Positions 41,026 to 50,130 of a stretch of DNA of 64,000 nt are shown one piece after another. The position numbers were made by a program, and so were the translations under genes. The notes below the pieces were generated by a model that was not told the DNA's origin, did not search any database, and saw only the letters and a program-made list of their open reading frames with translations. Origin of the DNA: a candidate division WOR-3 bacterium (GTDB lineage: Bacteria; Hydrothermota; Tepidihabitantia; B3-TA06); NCBI GenBank assembly GCA_965649265.1, contig CBFGKC010000010.1, positions 32,001-96,000 of the forward strand. Reading direction: 5' to 3'. Positions within the stretch are counted from its first letter, which is position 1. Each line of letters starts with the position of its first letter.

Positions 41026-42411
41026 TTACCGTCTGATCAGTACTGCTTTATGCGTTGAGCCGCCCGACGTTTCCTTGATGAAATATACGCCCGCTCTCTC
41101 TTTTGAGCCCCATGCGACGGTGCCCGAAGCCGCTGCTGTTTTGATTTCGTCGATTTTACGACCCGAGGCGTCGAAGACCATCGCGTGGAAACCGTCGGGA
41201 CAGTTGGCGTATTTCAGGATGATGCCTGCAGGGGATGAGCTGAGCACCTCCTGTTCCGGCAGAAATGATGAGCTCTCACCGACTTCCGATATGTTTATCC
41301 AGCCGTCCTCATTGGCGTCTATCATGGAGAACATACTGTCTATGTCGCCCACGGAAACGTACCTGCCTGCGTCCGTCTGCTTCACGCAGCAGCTTAACGC
41401 GCTTGAATAATGTCGCTCCCATTCGATTTCGCCTGCGCTGTCCAGCTTCAATAAATTGAACCCCATTCCGGTAGCGATAAAGCCGCCATCGGCGGTCTTT
41501 GCTACCCAGTACGGGGTCGGGTCGGCAAAGTATAGACAGGCATAGTGTTCCCTTGTCCATTCGGGATTACCGGACGCATCCGTCCTGATGACGACAAGAT
41601 TCTTGTCTACCTCAACTCCATGTTCACCTGATCCACCGCCAATGATAAACCCGCCGCTGTCGAGTTCCTGGATTGAGGTCCCCCAGTAATCGTAGTTAGT
41701 TGCCCCTAAGGAGTGTTCCCACAGCACATCTGCGTTCTGGTTGAGCTTGAGCCACCACAGCCGGCCGTTCTGCCCTGTAGCCGATGCGTCCCTGGTTCCG
41801 GTCACGACGTAGTTGCCGTCGGACGTGGAAGAGATAGAACAACCCTCGTCAAAATTCCCGGAACCATAGGTTTTGGTCCATACGGTGTCGCCTTCCTTAT
41901 CATACCTGGCCAGAAGAAGATTGTGCTCTATATAGCTTTGTCCCACAACAAGATAACCGCCGTCAGGCGCAGCGGCCACAGAAAGCCCCACACCCTGGCA
42001 GTCGCTGTTGCTCCAAACAATATTGCCGGTATCGTCCATCATGAGCATCAAGACGTGAGGGCCGCCGGAGTCTGTATACTCAGGTATAGTGCCTGCTATA
42101 ACAAGGCCGTTTGGAACCACGATGATGGACCTGCCTTCCCCCGGGATGCTTTCGTACACCCTTGACCACAAGGTGTCATATGGTGATTGTGCAAATGCGG
42201 CAATATCGACGACGAGAAGATTGAGGAATGGGGACTGTGGATTACGCACCGCCCCGGTACCGACGTAATGCGTGCCCCTGTCGCAAAAGGAAAACCCCGC
42301 CGAACGCGATGCACTTTCATAAAAAAACTCCCATCCTACAGGACATCCGTCCGTTGACATGGGGCTGACAAAAAAAGTAACGACACCAACCGAAAACACA
42401 AAGCGTTTCAT
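41026..42411 (-). CDS. Secreted propeller-repeat protein with T9SS-like C-terminal domain
   Basis: Signal peptide, DGGY.V.G...D..G...W repeats, FDASGRKI...GVYFI. Confidence 0.8.
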   Translation of the reverse strand: MKRFVFSVGVVTFFVSPMSTDGCPVGWEFFYESASRSAGFSFCDRGTHYVGTGAVRNPQSPFLNLLVVDIAAFAQSPYDTLWSRVYESIPGEGRSIIVVPNGLVIAGTIPEYTDSGGPHVLMLMMDDTGNIVWSNSDCQGVGLSVAAAPDGGYLVVGQSYIEHNLLLARYDKEGDTVWTKTYGSGNFDEGCSISSTSDGNYVVTGTRDASATGQNGRLWWLKLNQNADVLWEHSLGATNYDYWGTSIQELDSGGFIIGGGSGEHGVEVDKNLVVIRTDASGNPEWTREHYACLYFADPTPYWVAKTADGGFIATGMGFNLLKLDSAGEIEWERHYSSALSCCVKQTDAGRYVSVGDIDSMFSMIDANEDGWINISEVGESSSFLPEQEVLSSSPAGIILKYANCPDGFHAMVFDASGRKIDEIKTAAASGTVAWGSKERAGVYFIKETSGGSTHKAVLIRR

Positions 42412-42610
42412 AATCCCTCCGGTTTTTCAATTATAAAATGATATCCTCTTTAAGAAATTTGTCAATGCAAGTAGAGAACCTCTATTAAATACACCCTTAC
42501 CTAACAACTTCTCCTGGCGCACTAACTTATTTGGCTTGACTTTCTATCAATTTTTCATTAGAATTAACGCTCCCCGCGACGGAAACGCCGGGAATAAAAG
42601 GAGATTTTAA

Positions 42611-42922
42611 ATGAAGGATAAGATCCATCCAAAGTACGTAGAAGTGTTAGTTCACTGTGCTTGTGGAAACGAATACAAAACCTATTCGACCAGGGAAAAG
42701 ATAAGGGTAGATATTTGCTCGCAGTGCCACCCGTTCTTCACCGGCAAGACAAAAATACTTGACACCGCCGGCCGTGTCGAGCGTTTCCGCACGCGCTTCG
42801 GCGAAACCAAGGGAACTAAGATACTCACTGCAAAAGAAAAAGAAGCCATCGAAGCCCAGGAAGCTGCCGCGAAGGCAGAGGCAAAAAAAGCAGCCAAGTC
42901 CAAAAGAAGCTCCAAGAAGTAA
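42611..42922 (+). CDS. rpmE: 50S ribosomal protein L31 (Zn-binding type) with Ala/Lys-rich tail
   Basis: [32 protein letters not shown]. Confidence 0.97.
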   Translation: MKDKIHPKYVEVLVHCACGNEYKTYSTREKIRVDICSQCHPFFTGKTKILDTAGRVERFRTRFGETKGTKILTAKEKEAIEAQEAAAKAEAKKAAKSKRSSKK

Positions 42923-42925
42923 GGG

Positions 42926-44006
42926 ATGAAGGAACTCATCTCCGAGCTTGACGAAAAGCTCCGCAAAATAAAGGAGTTTCTTTGACCCTGCCTCGCTAGA
43001 GGCAAAAAGGGAGGACTTGAGGGCTAAGTCTGCAGTCCCCGATTTCTGGCAAAACCAGCGCAAGGCCCGCGAAGTCATGTCGGAACTCGCTCGCGTGGAA
43101 CGCATCCTTGAAACTGTCGAACGACTCGAGCGCGAGATCGCTGATTCGCGCGAGATTCTCGATATGTTCGAGGACGACCCCGGCACACGGAAGGAACTGG
43201 AAAATAATCTGGGCAAAGCTGAGAAGGAACTCGCAGAACTCGAGGTCTCGCTTGTCCTGTCCGATCCCAACGACACTAAAACGGCGATATTGACCATCCA
43301 TCCCGGCGCAGGCGGCGTGGAGAGCTGCGACTGGGCCGAGATGCTCTATCGCATGTACATGCGATTCTTCGAACGCAAGGGCTTCAAGGCCAACGTGCTT
43401 GATCTCCAGGTAGGCGACGTTGCCGGCATCAAGGACGCAATCATCGAAGTCTCCGGCGATTACGCCTACGGCATACTTAAGGGAGAATCGGGCATCCACC
43501 GTCTGGTCAGAGTCTCCCCGTTCGACTCCGCCAAACGCCGGCACACATCCTTCGTAAGCGTGTTTGTCATGCCGGAGGTTGAGGACGTAGAGGTAACGAT
43601 CAATCCCGACGATTTAAGGATAGATACCTTCCGCGCAGGCGGTCACGGCGGGCAAAACGTAAACAAACTCTCGACTGCGGTAAGGATAACCCACATACCT
43701 ACAGGAATTGTGGTTCAGTGCCAGAACGAACGCTCCCAGCACCAGAACAAGGAAAATGCCATGAAGGTCCTGCGCTCAAGGCTTTACGCGCACGAGCAGG
43801 AAAAAATGGACAAGGAGCGCGAAAAGCTCGAAAACCAGAAAACCGACATCGCCTGGGGTCACCAGATTCGCTCGTACGTGCTTTTCCCCTATCAGATGAT
43901 AAAGGATCACCGCACCGAACACGAACAGCACAACGTGGAAGCCGTGCTGGACGGTGACATAGAAGATTTCCTCAACGCCACCTTGCTCTGGCAAGCCCAC
44001 CCGTAA
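42926..44006 (+). CDS. prfB: Peptide chain release factor 2 with programmed +1 frameshift
   Basis: ATG 42926; AGGAG-TTT-CTT-TGA-C at 42972-42986; SPF and GGQ motifs in the +1 frame. Confidence 0.97.
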
Positions 44007-44038
44007 CACACTCACCTTCTTCCCTACCCCTTCCGAAT

Positions 44039-44125
44039 GTGGAGTTTGCGCAGCAAACTCCTAAAGCTCGCATACAGCGAGATTAGTCATTTGCGAGGTT
44101 GCTCCCAGTAACCGAAGCAATCGCC
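44039..44125 (+). repeat. Three-hairpin repeat module, copy A
   Basis: Aligns with the reverse complement of 46132-46205, with compensatory changes. Confidence 0.85.
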
Positions 44126-44171
44126 TTATTTTATGAAGGTTTTCCCCTGATGCCCGAATCTGATCAACCGT

Positions 44172-44624
44172 TTAAGATTTAATTTCCCGTAACTTATGAA
44201 GCATATCCTCGTGATGGGTACCCTTCCAGTAAACCTTGCCGCAGGAAAGACAGCGGAAAAAAAATTCTTGCGTTTGCGAGATATAAAAGGGCACCCTGCC
44301 CTTCGCCTCATCCTTGCCGATCTCGTAAAGCTCGCTGTTACAAAGGATACAACGCGAGAACGGCTCCGCGTCCGTGAGGATCTTATGGGATTCCTCAAGT
44401 TGTTTCAGCTGTTCTTCGAGAATCTCGGATTCAACGTAGATAAGCGACTTATCTGTGAAGCCCTGTCTCCGGGTCAATAAAATCAAGCCTTCTCTCCTTG
44501 CCTTCTCTGTAAGTTGTTGAAAATCCGTATCCTTGGCGTATTCCGCATCCCAGCCCAAAATCCGCAGCCAGCGGCATAGTTTTCCCAGCATCGCGTCGGC
44601 AATGAACCTGTATCTCGTACCCAT
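44172..44624 (-). CDS. Mut7-C RNase (PIN-like, DUF82) domain protein
   Basis: RFIADAMLGKL.RWLRILG.D, LLTR, FSRC..CN, C..CGKVYWKGTH; leaderless ATG at 44624. Confidence 0.92.
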   Translation of the reverse strand: MGTRYRFIADAMLGKLCRWLRILGWDAEYAKDTDFQQLTEKARREGLILLTRRQGFTDKSLIYVESEILEEQLKQLEESHKILTDAEPFSRCILCNSELYEIGKDEAKGRVPFYISQTQEFFFRCLSCGKVYWKGTHHEDMLHKLREIKS

Positions 44625-44697
44625 CGTATTATTGTAGCTTACGGGAGAGCAAAAGCAAGCACCTCGGCTTCGTGTCAGGGTCATTTTGGGGGCAAAA

Positions 44698-44807
44698 AAA
44701 AGCTGGACAAAAGATGGTCAGAAGATGGTCAAAAGATGGACATTTCGGGTAAAATCGGGTGATTTTTGGCAAAAAAAAGATGGTCAAAAGTGGGTCAGAA
44801 GTTGGTC
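44698..44807 (+). repeat. 11-bp-period tandem arrays (4 plus 3 units), locus 2
   Basis: AAAAGCTGGAC AAAAGATGGTC AGAAGATGGTC AAAAGATGGAC ... AAAAGATGGTC AAAAGTGGGTC AGAAGTTGGTC. Confidence 0.88.
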
Positions 44808-44812
44808 AAATT

Positions 44813-44851
44813 ACCCCAAAAGAACGCCGGAGACGTTCCTTTGGGGACCCC
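44813..44851 (-). repeat. GGGGTCCCC-hairpin-GGGGT element
   Basis: Minus strand: GGGGT-CCCCAAAGGAACG-tctccgg-CGTTCTTTTGGGG-T. Confidence 0.8.
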
Positions 44852-44990
44852 CTCATAGGTTCGGAAAATGATGTTGGGGTCTTCGGGGAAAAAATTTGCC
44901 GACTGAAAAATCGTGGCAAACTTCTAAAGCGTCCTGAAGGGCGGTAGGTTTTCTGGGAGAGATTTTGGGGACTTTTTGAGGGGGGAAAAA

Positions 44991-45031
44991 AGTCATTGCG
45001 AGTGTCGCTTCAAGCGACCGAAGCAATCGCC
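44991..45031 (+). repeat. Partial hairpin module (GTCATTGCGAG...CGAAGCAATC)
   Basis: First 19 bp are a perfect inverted match to 46141-46159. Confidence 0.85.
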
Positions 45032-45126
45032 CAAATCGAGGCTCTATCCCTAAAAGGAATGAGATCGCTCGCTCCGTTCGCCCTTTTGACCCAGCAACCA
45101 CATTTAGTATTCACGCCAACGAGTAC

Positions 45127-45681
45127 TTACTGGCTCGGCGAAGTATCTGTTGGTTCTTGCTTCGCCTTCAAAGATGAATAACCATATTCTTTACTGATAT
45201 ACCACAGAATCCATTCTTCCAAAGTAAAAATAGCTCTCTTCCGTCTCAGCTTCATACCCTTCTCGAATTTTCTCAAGATTTTCCCTTCGGTTTTACTTTC
45301 CTCAAGCATTTTATAGACTACGCAATCTTTGATAGAACCGAATTGAGCTTCAGTTCTATACTTCATGATCATTCCAAAATACTCACCCATAGTAATAAGA
45401 TTCATAGGTGTATTAACCAGAGAAACGAAAGGCCTGAGTAGTGCTATGGCATTATCTATCATGTTGTTTGTCCATACTATTAATTTTTGATCGAAATACT
45501 CTTTCACCCACAGTAACAAAGCAAGAATACTGACTACGGCACTTATTGTTCCCACAATTCCGAAAAACCATTGACTTACAGTACCTGGTGGGTTGGCTAA
45601 AAAAAGAATCACACCTGGTGAACAAGAAGTTGTAACGACTGTGACTAGAACTGCCCATTTGAGAGATGGTAATTTTCGCAT
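45127..45681 (-). CDS. Orphan membrane-anchored hypothetical protein (AT-rich)
   Basis: SD AAGGAG, own promoter TTGACA-16-TAAGAT, two N-terminal hydrophobic segments, basic C-terminus. Confidence 0.7.
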   Translation of the reverse strand: MRKLPSLKWAVLVTVVTTSCSPGVILFLANPPGTVSQWFFGIVGTISAVVSILALLLWVKEYFDQKLIVWTNNMIDNAIALLRPFVSLVNTPMNLITMGEYFGMIMKYRTEAQFGSIKDCVVYKMLEESKTEGKILRKFEKGMKLRRKRAIFTLEEWILWYISKEYGYSSLKAKQEPTDTSPSQ

Positions 45682-45756
45682 TATTTCTCCTTAGTGGAAA
45701 TCTTACTCCTCCCCCTCCTCATGTCAAGGTTATATCTTGACTTAAGGCGTAATAAA

Positions 45757-46265
45757 TCCCCTTCGGGGTCCCCGCGAGCATGCGAAGCAGGCTTGTGGGG
45801 CTCAATCCCCCCTCCCCCCCTTGATAAGGGGGGGCCTCCTTTCACCCCAGACGTCTGCTCCGCATTCGCCCGGGGACCCCAGAGCAATACTATAAGGTAC
45901 ATTAACTTCATGAATTTGCCGCCTGAGGCGGCTTGCGGAACTCATGCCCCTCGGGGGAGCTACCTCACAATAACACCCCCACCCCACGCTCTTCCAGAGC
46001 GTAACCCTCACCCCGTCAAGGGGGAGGTATCAAAGGAGCATTTGCTCCTTTCGTTAGCCCTCCAGTGCTCCGCAAATAGATGGCTCTCTACGCTCGCCCT
46101 TCGGAGGCTTCGTACCGCCGGAGGCGGTTGAGGTCGCTGGAGCGACACTCGCAATGACTAATCTCTCCCGGGGAGAGCTTTCGAAGTTTGCTCTGCAAAC
46201 TTCACTTTTGGATTTCTTGCCCCCCGGGGTCCCCAAAGAAACGCTTCGTAGAGATTCATTCGGAT
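45757..46265. repeat. Dense field of short palindromes, including three GGGGTCCCC elements and module copy B (46132-46205, minus)
   Basis: At least 12 stems read directly, e.g. GCCGCC-tga-GGCGGC, ACGCTCT-tcc-AGAGCGT, AAAGGAGCA-tt-TGCTCCTTT, ACCGCC-gga-GGCGGT. Confidence 0.85.
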
Positions 46266-46337
46266 TAGAAGGTGAGGAAGGGAGTTGGTGTGTTACGGGC
46301 GGGTTGACGGGTGGACATTTTGCGGTACAATCGGATA

Positions 46338-48077
46338 ATGGAAAGAATCTACTGCGGAAAACTGAACATGGACATGGTGGACGATGAGGTCCGCCTTTGC
46401 GGCTGGGTGCACCGGCTGCGCGACCTGGGCGGAATAACGTTCATGCATCTAAGGGACCGGTCAGGTCTGGTGCAGGTCATCTGCGACCCAAAGGAGGTCA
46501 AGGAGGTCGTCGACCTTCACGCGGAGGACGTTGTCGAGATAAGGGGCAAGGTGCGCGCGAGACCGCCCGAGCAGGTGGATACGAGGCTGGGTTCCGGTCA
46601 CGTTGAGGTGGTCGCGGACGGGATCGAGATTCTGAACCGGGCCCAGAACCTTGCGTTCAGCGTCGAGCGCGAGGAGCTTCTGCCGGCCGAGGAGATGCGT
46701 CTCAAGTACAGGTACCTGGACCTGAGAAGGCCGTCAATGACGGCAAACATCGGCCTAAGGCACAGAATGATGCAACTTGGAAGAAACTACCTCTCGGAAA
46801 AGGGCTTCTGGGAGATAGAGACGCCCATTCTGGCCAAGTCCACCCCCGAGGGCGCAAGGGACTTTCTGGTGCCGTCGAGGACGATGAAGGGAACGTTCTA
46901 CGCACTGCCCCAGTCGCCGCAGCTTTACAAGCAGATTTTGATGGCATCGGGCATGGACCGCTACTTCCAGTTCGCCAGGTGCTTGAGGGATGAGGACTTA
47001 CGTGCAGACCGCCAGCCCGAACATACCCAGGTGGATATCGAATGTTCGTTCGCAGACGAGGCAACCATACAGAACCTTGTCGAAGGGCTGTTCCATCTCT
47101 GGGTGAAGGAGATGAAGGGTGAGTATCTGGAGATTCCGTTTCCCAGGATGACGTTTGCGGAGGCAATGGAACGCTTCGGCTCCGACAAGCCCGATTTGAG
47201 GAATCCCCTCGAGATAGTGACGGTCACCCAGCGGTTCACGGGTTCGGAGTTCAGGATATTTGCGAGCATAGTGGAACAGGGCGGAACGGTAAGGGCGTTG
47301 AGATTGAAAGGGCACCCGGGGCTTGCGGAGTGGTCGAGGAAGGACATAGACTCACTGGCCGATGAGGTTAAGCCCTTCGGCTTCCCGGGCGTTGCCTGGG
47401 CGCGCAGAACGGGCACCGAGCTTTCGGGAACTGTTTCCAAGTTCATGAATATCAACGAGTTGGCCGACGGAGAGTTGTATCTGGCGCTCGCCGGGACAGA
47501 CATCGGGACCCTTAATCAGGCGATGGGTCGCCTGAGGAACGTCTGCGGGCAGAGGCTTGGGCTGGTTGATGAGAAGCGGATGAGTTTCGTATGGATTACG
47601 GATTTCCCACTGTTCGAGCGGGACGAGGAAACGGGCAAGATAGTGCCCGCCCACCACGTTTTCACCTCGCCGCAGGAGCAGGATATGGAGTATTTAGAAA
47701 AGGACCCCCTCAAGGTCAAGGGCAGGCTATTCGACCTGGTTTTGAACGGCACCGAGATGGGTTCAGGTTCGGTTCGCTGCCACAAGCGCGAGCTTCAGGA
47801 AAAGCTTTTGAAAATTGCGGGCATGGAGCCGAAGTATTTTGATTTCTTCTTGAGTGCGCTGGACTCGGGAGCGCCGCCGCATGCGGGAATCGGGATGGGG
47901 TTCGACCGCATCGTGACGCTCTTTGCAGGTCTCGAGAGCATCAGAGAAGTGATAGCGTTTCCCAAAACCACGTCCGGTCAGGGACTTATGGAGGGGCAGC
48001 CCGCCGGGGTTGCAGGTTTCCAGCTGGAAGAACTGGGAATAAAGATAGAAAAACAAAGGAAGAAAAAGGATGATTAA
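46338..48077 (+). CDS. aspS: Aspartate--tRNA ligase (probably non-discriminating)
   Basis: GWVHRLRDLGG, RYLDLRR, TPEGARDF, LPQSPQLYKQ, PPHAGIGMGFDR; leaderless ATG after TTGACG-16-TACAAT. Confidence 0.97.
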   Translation: MERIYCGKLNMDMVDDEVRLCGWVHRLRDLGGITFMHLRDRSGLVQVICDPKEVKEVVDLHAEDVVEIRGKVRARPPEQVDTRLGSGHVEVVADGIEILNRAQNLAFSVEREELLPAEEMRLKYRYLDLRRPSMTANIGLRHRMMQLGRNYLSEKGFWEIETPILAKSTPEGARDFLVPSRTMKGTFYALPQSPQLYKQILMASGMDRYFQFARCLRDEDLRADRQPEHTQVDIECSFADEATIQNLVEGLFHLWVKEMKGEYLEIPFPRMTFAEAMERFGSDKPDLRNPLEIVTVTQRFTGSEFRIFASIVEQGGTVRALRLKGHPGLAEWSRKDIDSLADEVKPFGFPGVAWARRTGTELSGTVSKFMNINELADGELYLALAGTDIGTLNQAMGRLRNVCGQRLGLVDEKRMSFVWITDFPLFERDEETGKIVPAHHVFTSPQEQDMEYLEKDPLKVKGRLFDLVLNGTEMGSGSVRCHKRELQEKLLKIAGMEPKYFDFFLSALDSGAPPHAGIGMGFDRIVTLFAGLESIREVIAFPKTTSGQGLMEGQPAGVAGFQLEELGIKIEKQRKKKDD

Positions 48078-49086
48078 AAACGATCACACCTTTGTGATCA
48101 TCCCGGACGGGACAAAAGAGCCCCGCCGCGTTTTCCTCTCCAAAAAGTTCTTGAACATAATCCTCTACGTCACACTAGTTCTTCTGGGCGCCGGATTCGT
48201 CCGCCTGTTCGTTTATGCAAAGGAACTCGTCGAGCTGCGCAGGGTAGCAGGTCCCATACTGGTCGAGAACCGCGACCTTCACCAGCGCAACAAGGCACTC
48301 ATATCGCAGCGCAACGCCATCCAGTTTTCCAAAGACAGCATTTTGAACGAGATAGAGACCGAACGCGTGGCGCACGCCAAACGGTTGGCCGAGGTAACCG
48401 ACGAACTTGAGAGACTTGAAAACTTCGTCACCGACCTCAAGATTCTTGCCGGCTACAAGCTGAGCAAGGAGGACGCCGAAAAGCTGAAAGGCCAAAACAC
48501 CGGCCAGTCGGGCCAGGACGGACAGGGCGGCCCCGACATATCACCCGACGCGTATCTCGAAGGACTGACCACAAAACCGACGAAAGACACTCTAAAGTCG
48601 AGCATAGACAGCCAGGCCGAGTCGCTCGCCGACAGGCTCAGGGACAAGCGCGACGCTCTCAAGGATTTGAGGAACTTCCTCGAGCGCAAGGCGACGCTTC
48701 TGGAGGGACGACCAATAGGCTGGCCCATGGTCGGCGTTGTCACGTCGGAGTTCGGTCCCCGCAACGGCGAATTTCATCCCGGGTTCGACATAGCCAACGT
48801 CATCGGCACTCCCATCTTCGCGACAGGCGACGGAGTCGTTACCTTCCGGGGTTACGTCGGAACTTACGGCAACATGATCGAGGTCGATCACGGCAAGGGA
48901 TTCACAACCCTTTACGCGCACCTTTCGCGCTATGCCATAGCACTCGGTGACAGGATCGAGCGCGGCGATTTGATCGGGTATTCGGGCAACACGGGCCGGA
49001 CGACCGGGCCGCACCTTCACTACGAGGTGCACGTCAACGGCGTGCCCGTCAACCCCCGCCCCTACCTGGAAAAGACCGCCGAGTAG
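48070..49086 (+). CDS. M23 family metallopeptidase with coiled coil
   Basis: HPGFD, TLYAHL, SGNTGRTTGPHLHYEV. Confidence 0.93.
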   Translation: MIKNDHTFVIIPDGTKEPRRVFLSKKFLNIILYVTLVLLGAGFVRLFVYAKELVELRRVAGPILVENRDLHQRNKALISQRNAIQFSKDSILNEIETERVAHAKRLAEVTDELERLENFVTDLKILAGYKLSKEDAEKLKGQNTGQSGQDGQGGPDISPDAYLEGLTTKPTKDTLKSSIDSQAESLADRLRDKRDALKDLRNFLERKATLLEGRPIGWPMVGVVTSEFGPRNGEFHPGFDIANVIGTPIFATGDGVVTFRGYVGTYGNMIEVDHGKGFTTLYAHLSRYAIALGDRIERGDLIGYSGNTGRTTGPHLHYEVHVNGVPVNPRPYLEKTAE

Positions 49087-49213
49087 GGCGCTGCCCCCCC
49101 GGGGAAGTCTGCATGAAATCCGGCGAAGGATTCAAAAAAAGCATGGAGGCTAAAGTCTTTAACCAGTGGAGAATTCTTTCAAAAACTCTGGCGAAAAGTT
49201 GAGGTCTTAGTCA

Positions 49214-49612
49214 ATGGTGATTGTTTCTGCATGTCTCCTGGGGGTTCGAACGAGATACGACGCAGGAAAACTGGCAATCCCGGAACGAGTACGCCGGCTC
49301 ATTGAGGAGGGGGAGGGGGTGATCCCGGTCTGTCCCGAACAGCTGGGAGGTCTGCCTACCCCACGGGCTAAAAGCCAGGTGCGCTGGGCCGGGGATTCGC
49401 CCACCGTCGTGAACGATCGCGGCAAGGACGTTACTGTCGAGTTTTTGAAAGGCGCGGCCGAGGTTTTGAGGATAGCGGAGACCCTGGGGATAAGGAAGGC
49501 TATTTTCAAGTCGCGCTCGCCTTCGTGCGGTCTGGATGGGGTCACGACGAAACTATTAAAGGCGCAGGGAATCGAGATCGAGATTGTGGATGCGGAGAAG
49601 GAACATTCATAG
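49214..49612 (+). CDS. DUF523 / thiouracil desulfurase (TudS-like) protein
   Basis: VSACLLG..TRYD, VCPEQLGGLPTPR, KSRSPSCG. Confidence 0.9.
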   Translation: MVIVSACLLGVRTRYDAGKLAIPERVRRLIEEGEGVIPVCPEQLGGLPTPRAKSQVRWAGDSPTVVNDRGKDVTVEFLKGAAEVLRIAETLGIRKAIFKSRSPSCGLDGVTTKLLKAQGIEIEIVDAEKEHS

Positions 49613-49678
49613 GAGGTGTGAGATCTCTTCGAAAATCATACATTTAACATAGTATAGGCATTAATTGTCTTTGAATAA

Positions 49679-50116
49679 TTAATTGCTTGTTGTTGAACGG
49701 AACCTATGGTATTCCTTTAAGGCTTGAATCACTTTCTGGTCTTTTGAGCGTGTATCTAGTATGTGAACTACTTCACTTGCCACTTTAACCCAGCCTAAAG
49801 CCGTTTTAGATTGTTCAGGATTTGGATTGCGAAGGAAATAATCCGCTTGTTTTCGTATTTCGTGAAGATTCTCAAGGTCTCCTTTTGCTTTCTTCATTGC
49901 ACTATCACCACTACGATTAAGATATTCTCTAACTATTGGATGCTTTTCAGGTCCACCCATAATACGAATCTCCATACCTGCAAGAATTTCAATAGCCACA
50001 TTATACGCTGCATAATATGCACGGCTAATAGCAGTCCGGCATCTCGCCGGTGACGGTTTGTTTGTTGCTTCCTGGGAGAGAGTATAGGCAAGAGAACAGA
50101 AATCCCTTGGGTCCAT
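49679..50116 (-). CDS. HEPN domain protein (UPF0332-like)
   Basis: RTAISRAYYAAY, H, L..IRKQADY. Confidence 0.85.
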   Translation of the reverse strand: MDPRDFCSLAYTLSQEATNKPSPARCRTAISRAYYAAYNVAIEILAGMEIRIMGGPEKHPIVREYLNRSGDSAMKKAKGDLENLHEIRKQADYFLRNPNPEQSKTALGWVKVASEVVHILDTRSKDQKVIQALKEYHRFRSTTSN

Positions 50117-50130
50117 TCAGTATACCGTGC

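Larger units (their letters stand above)
44000..46299. mobile_element. Putative non-autonomous element or cargo segment bounded by inverted termini
   Basis: CCCGTAACACAC at 44000-44011 and its reverse complement at 46288-46299; inverted subterminal hairpin modules; no transposase. Confidence 0.5.

Noticed and set aside
44698-44807. CRISPR array
   Set aside because: Units are 11 bp and contiguous, with no unique spacers, and there are no cas genes in the window.
44686-44947. Short ORFs over the 11-bp arrays
   Set aside because: The repeat period is not a multiple of three, and no SD or recognisable motif supports them.
44000-46299. Integron attC sites (CCGTAAC / GTTACGG)
   Set aside because: They do not fit RYYYAAC/GTTRRRY, the arms are 2.3 kb apart rather than about 60-140 bp, and there is no integrase.
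45681-46387. Several 60-145 aa ORFs in the hairpin field
   Set aside because: They are Pro/Gly-rich products of palindromic GC-rich DNA with no coding signals.
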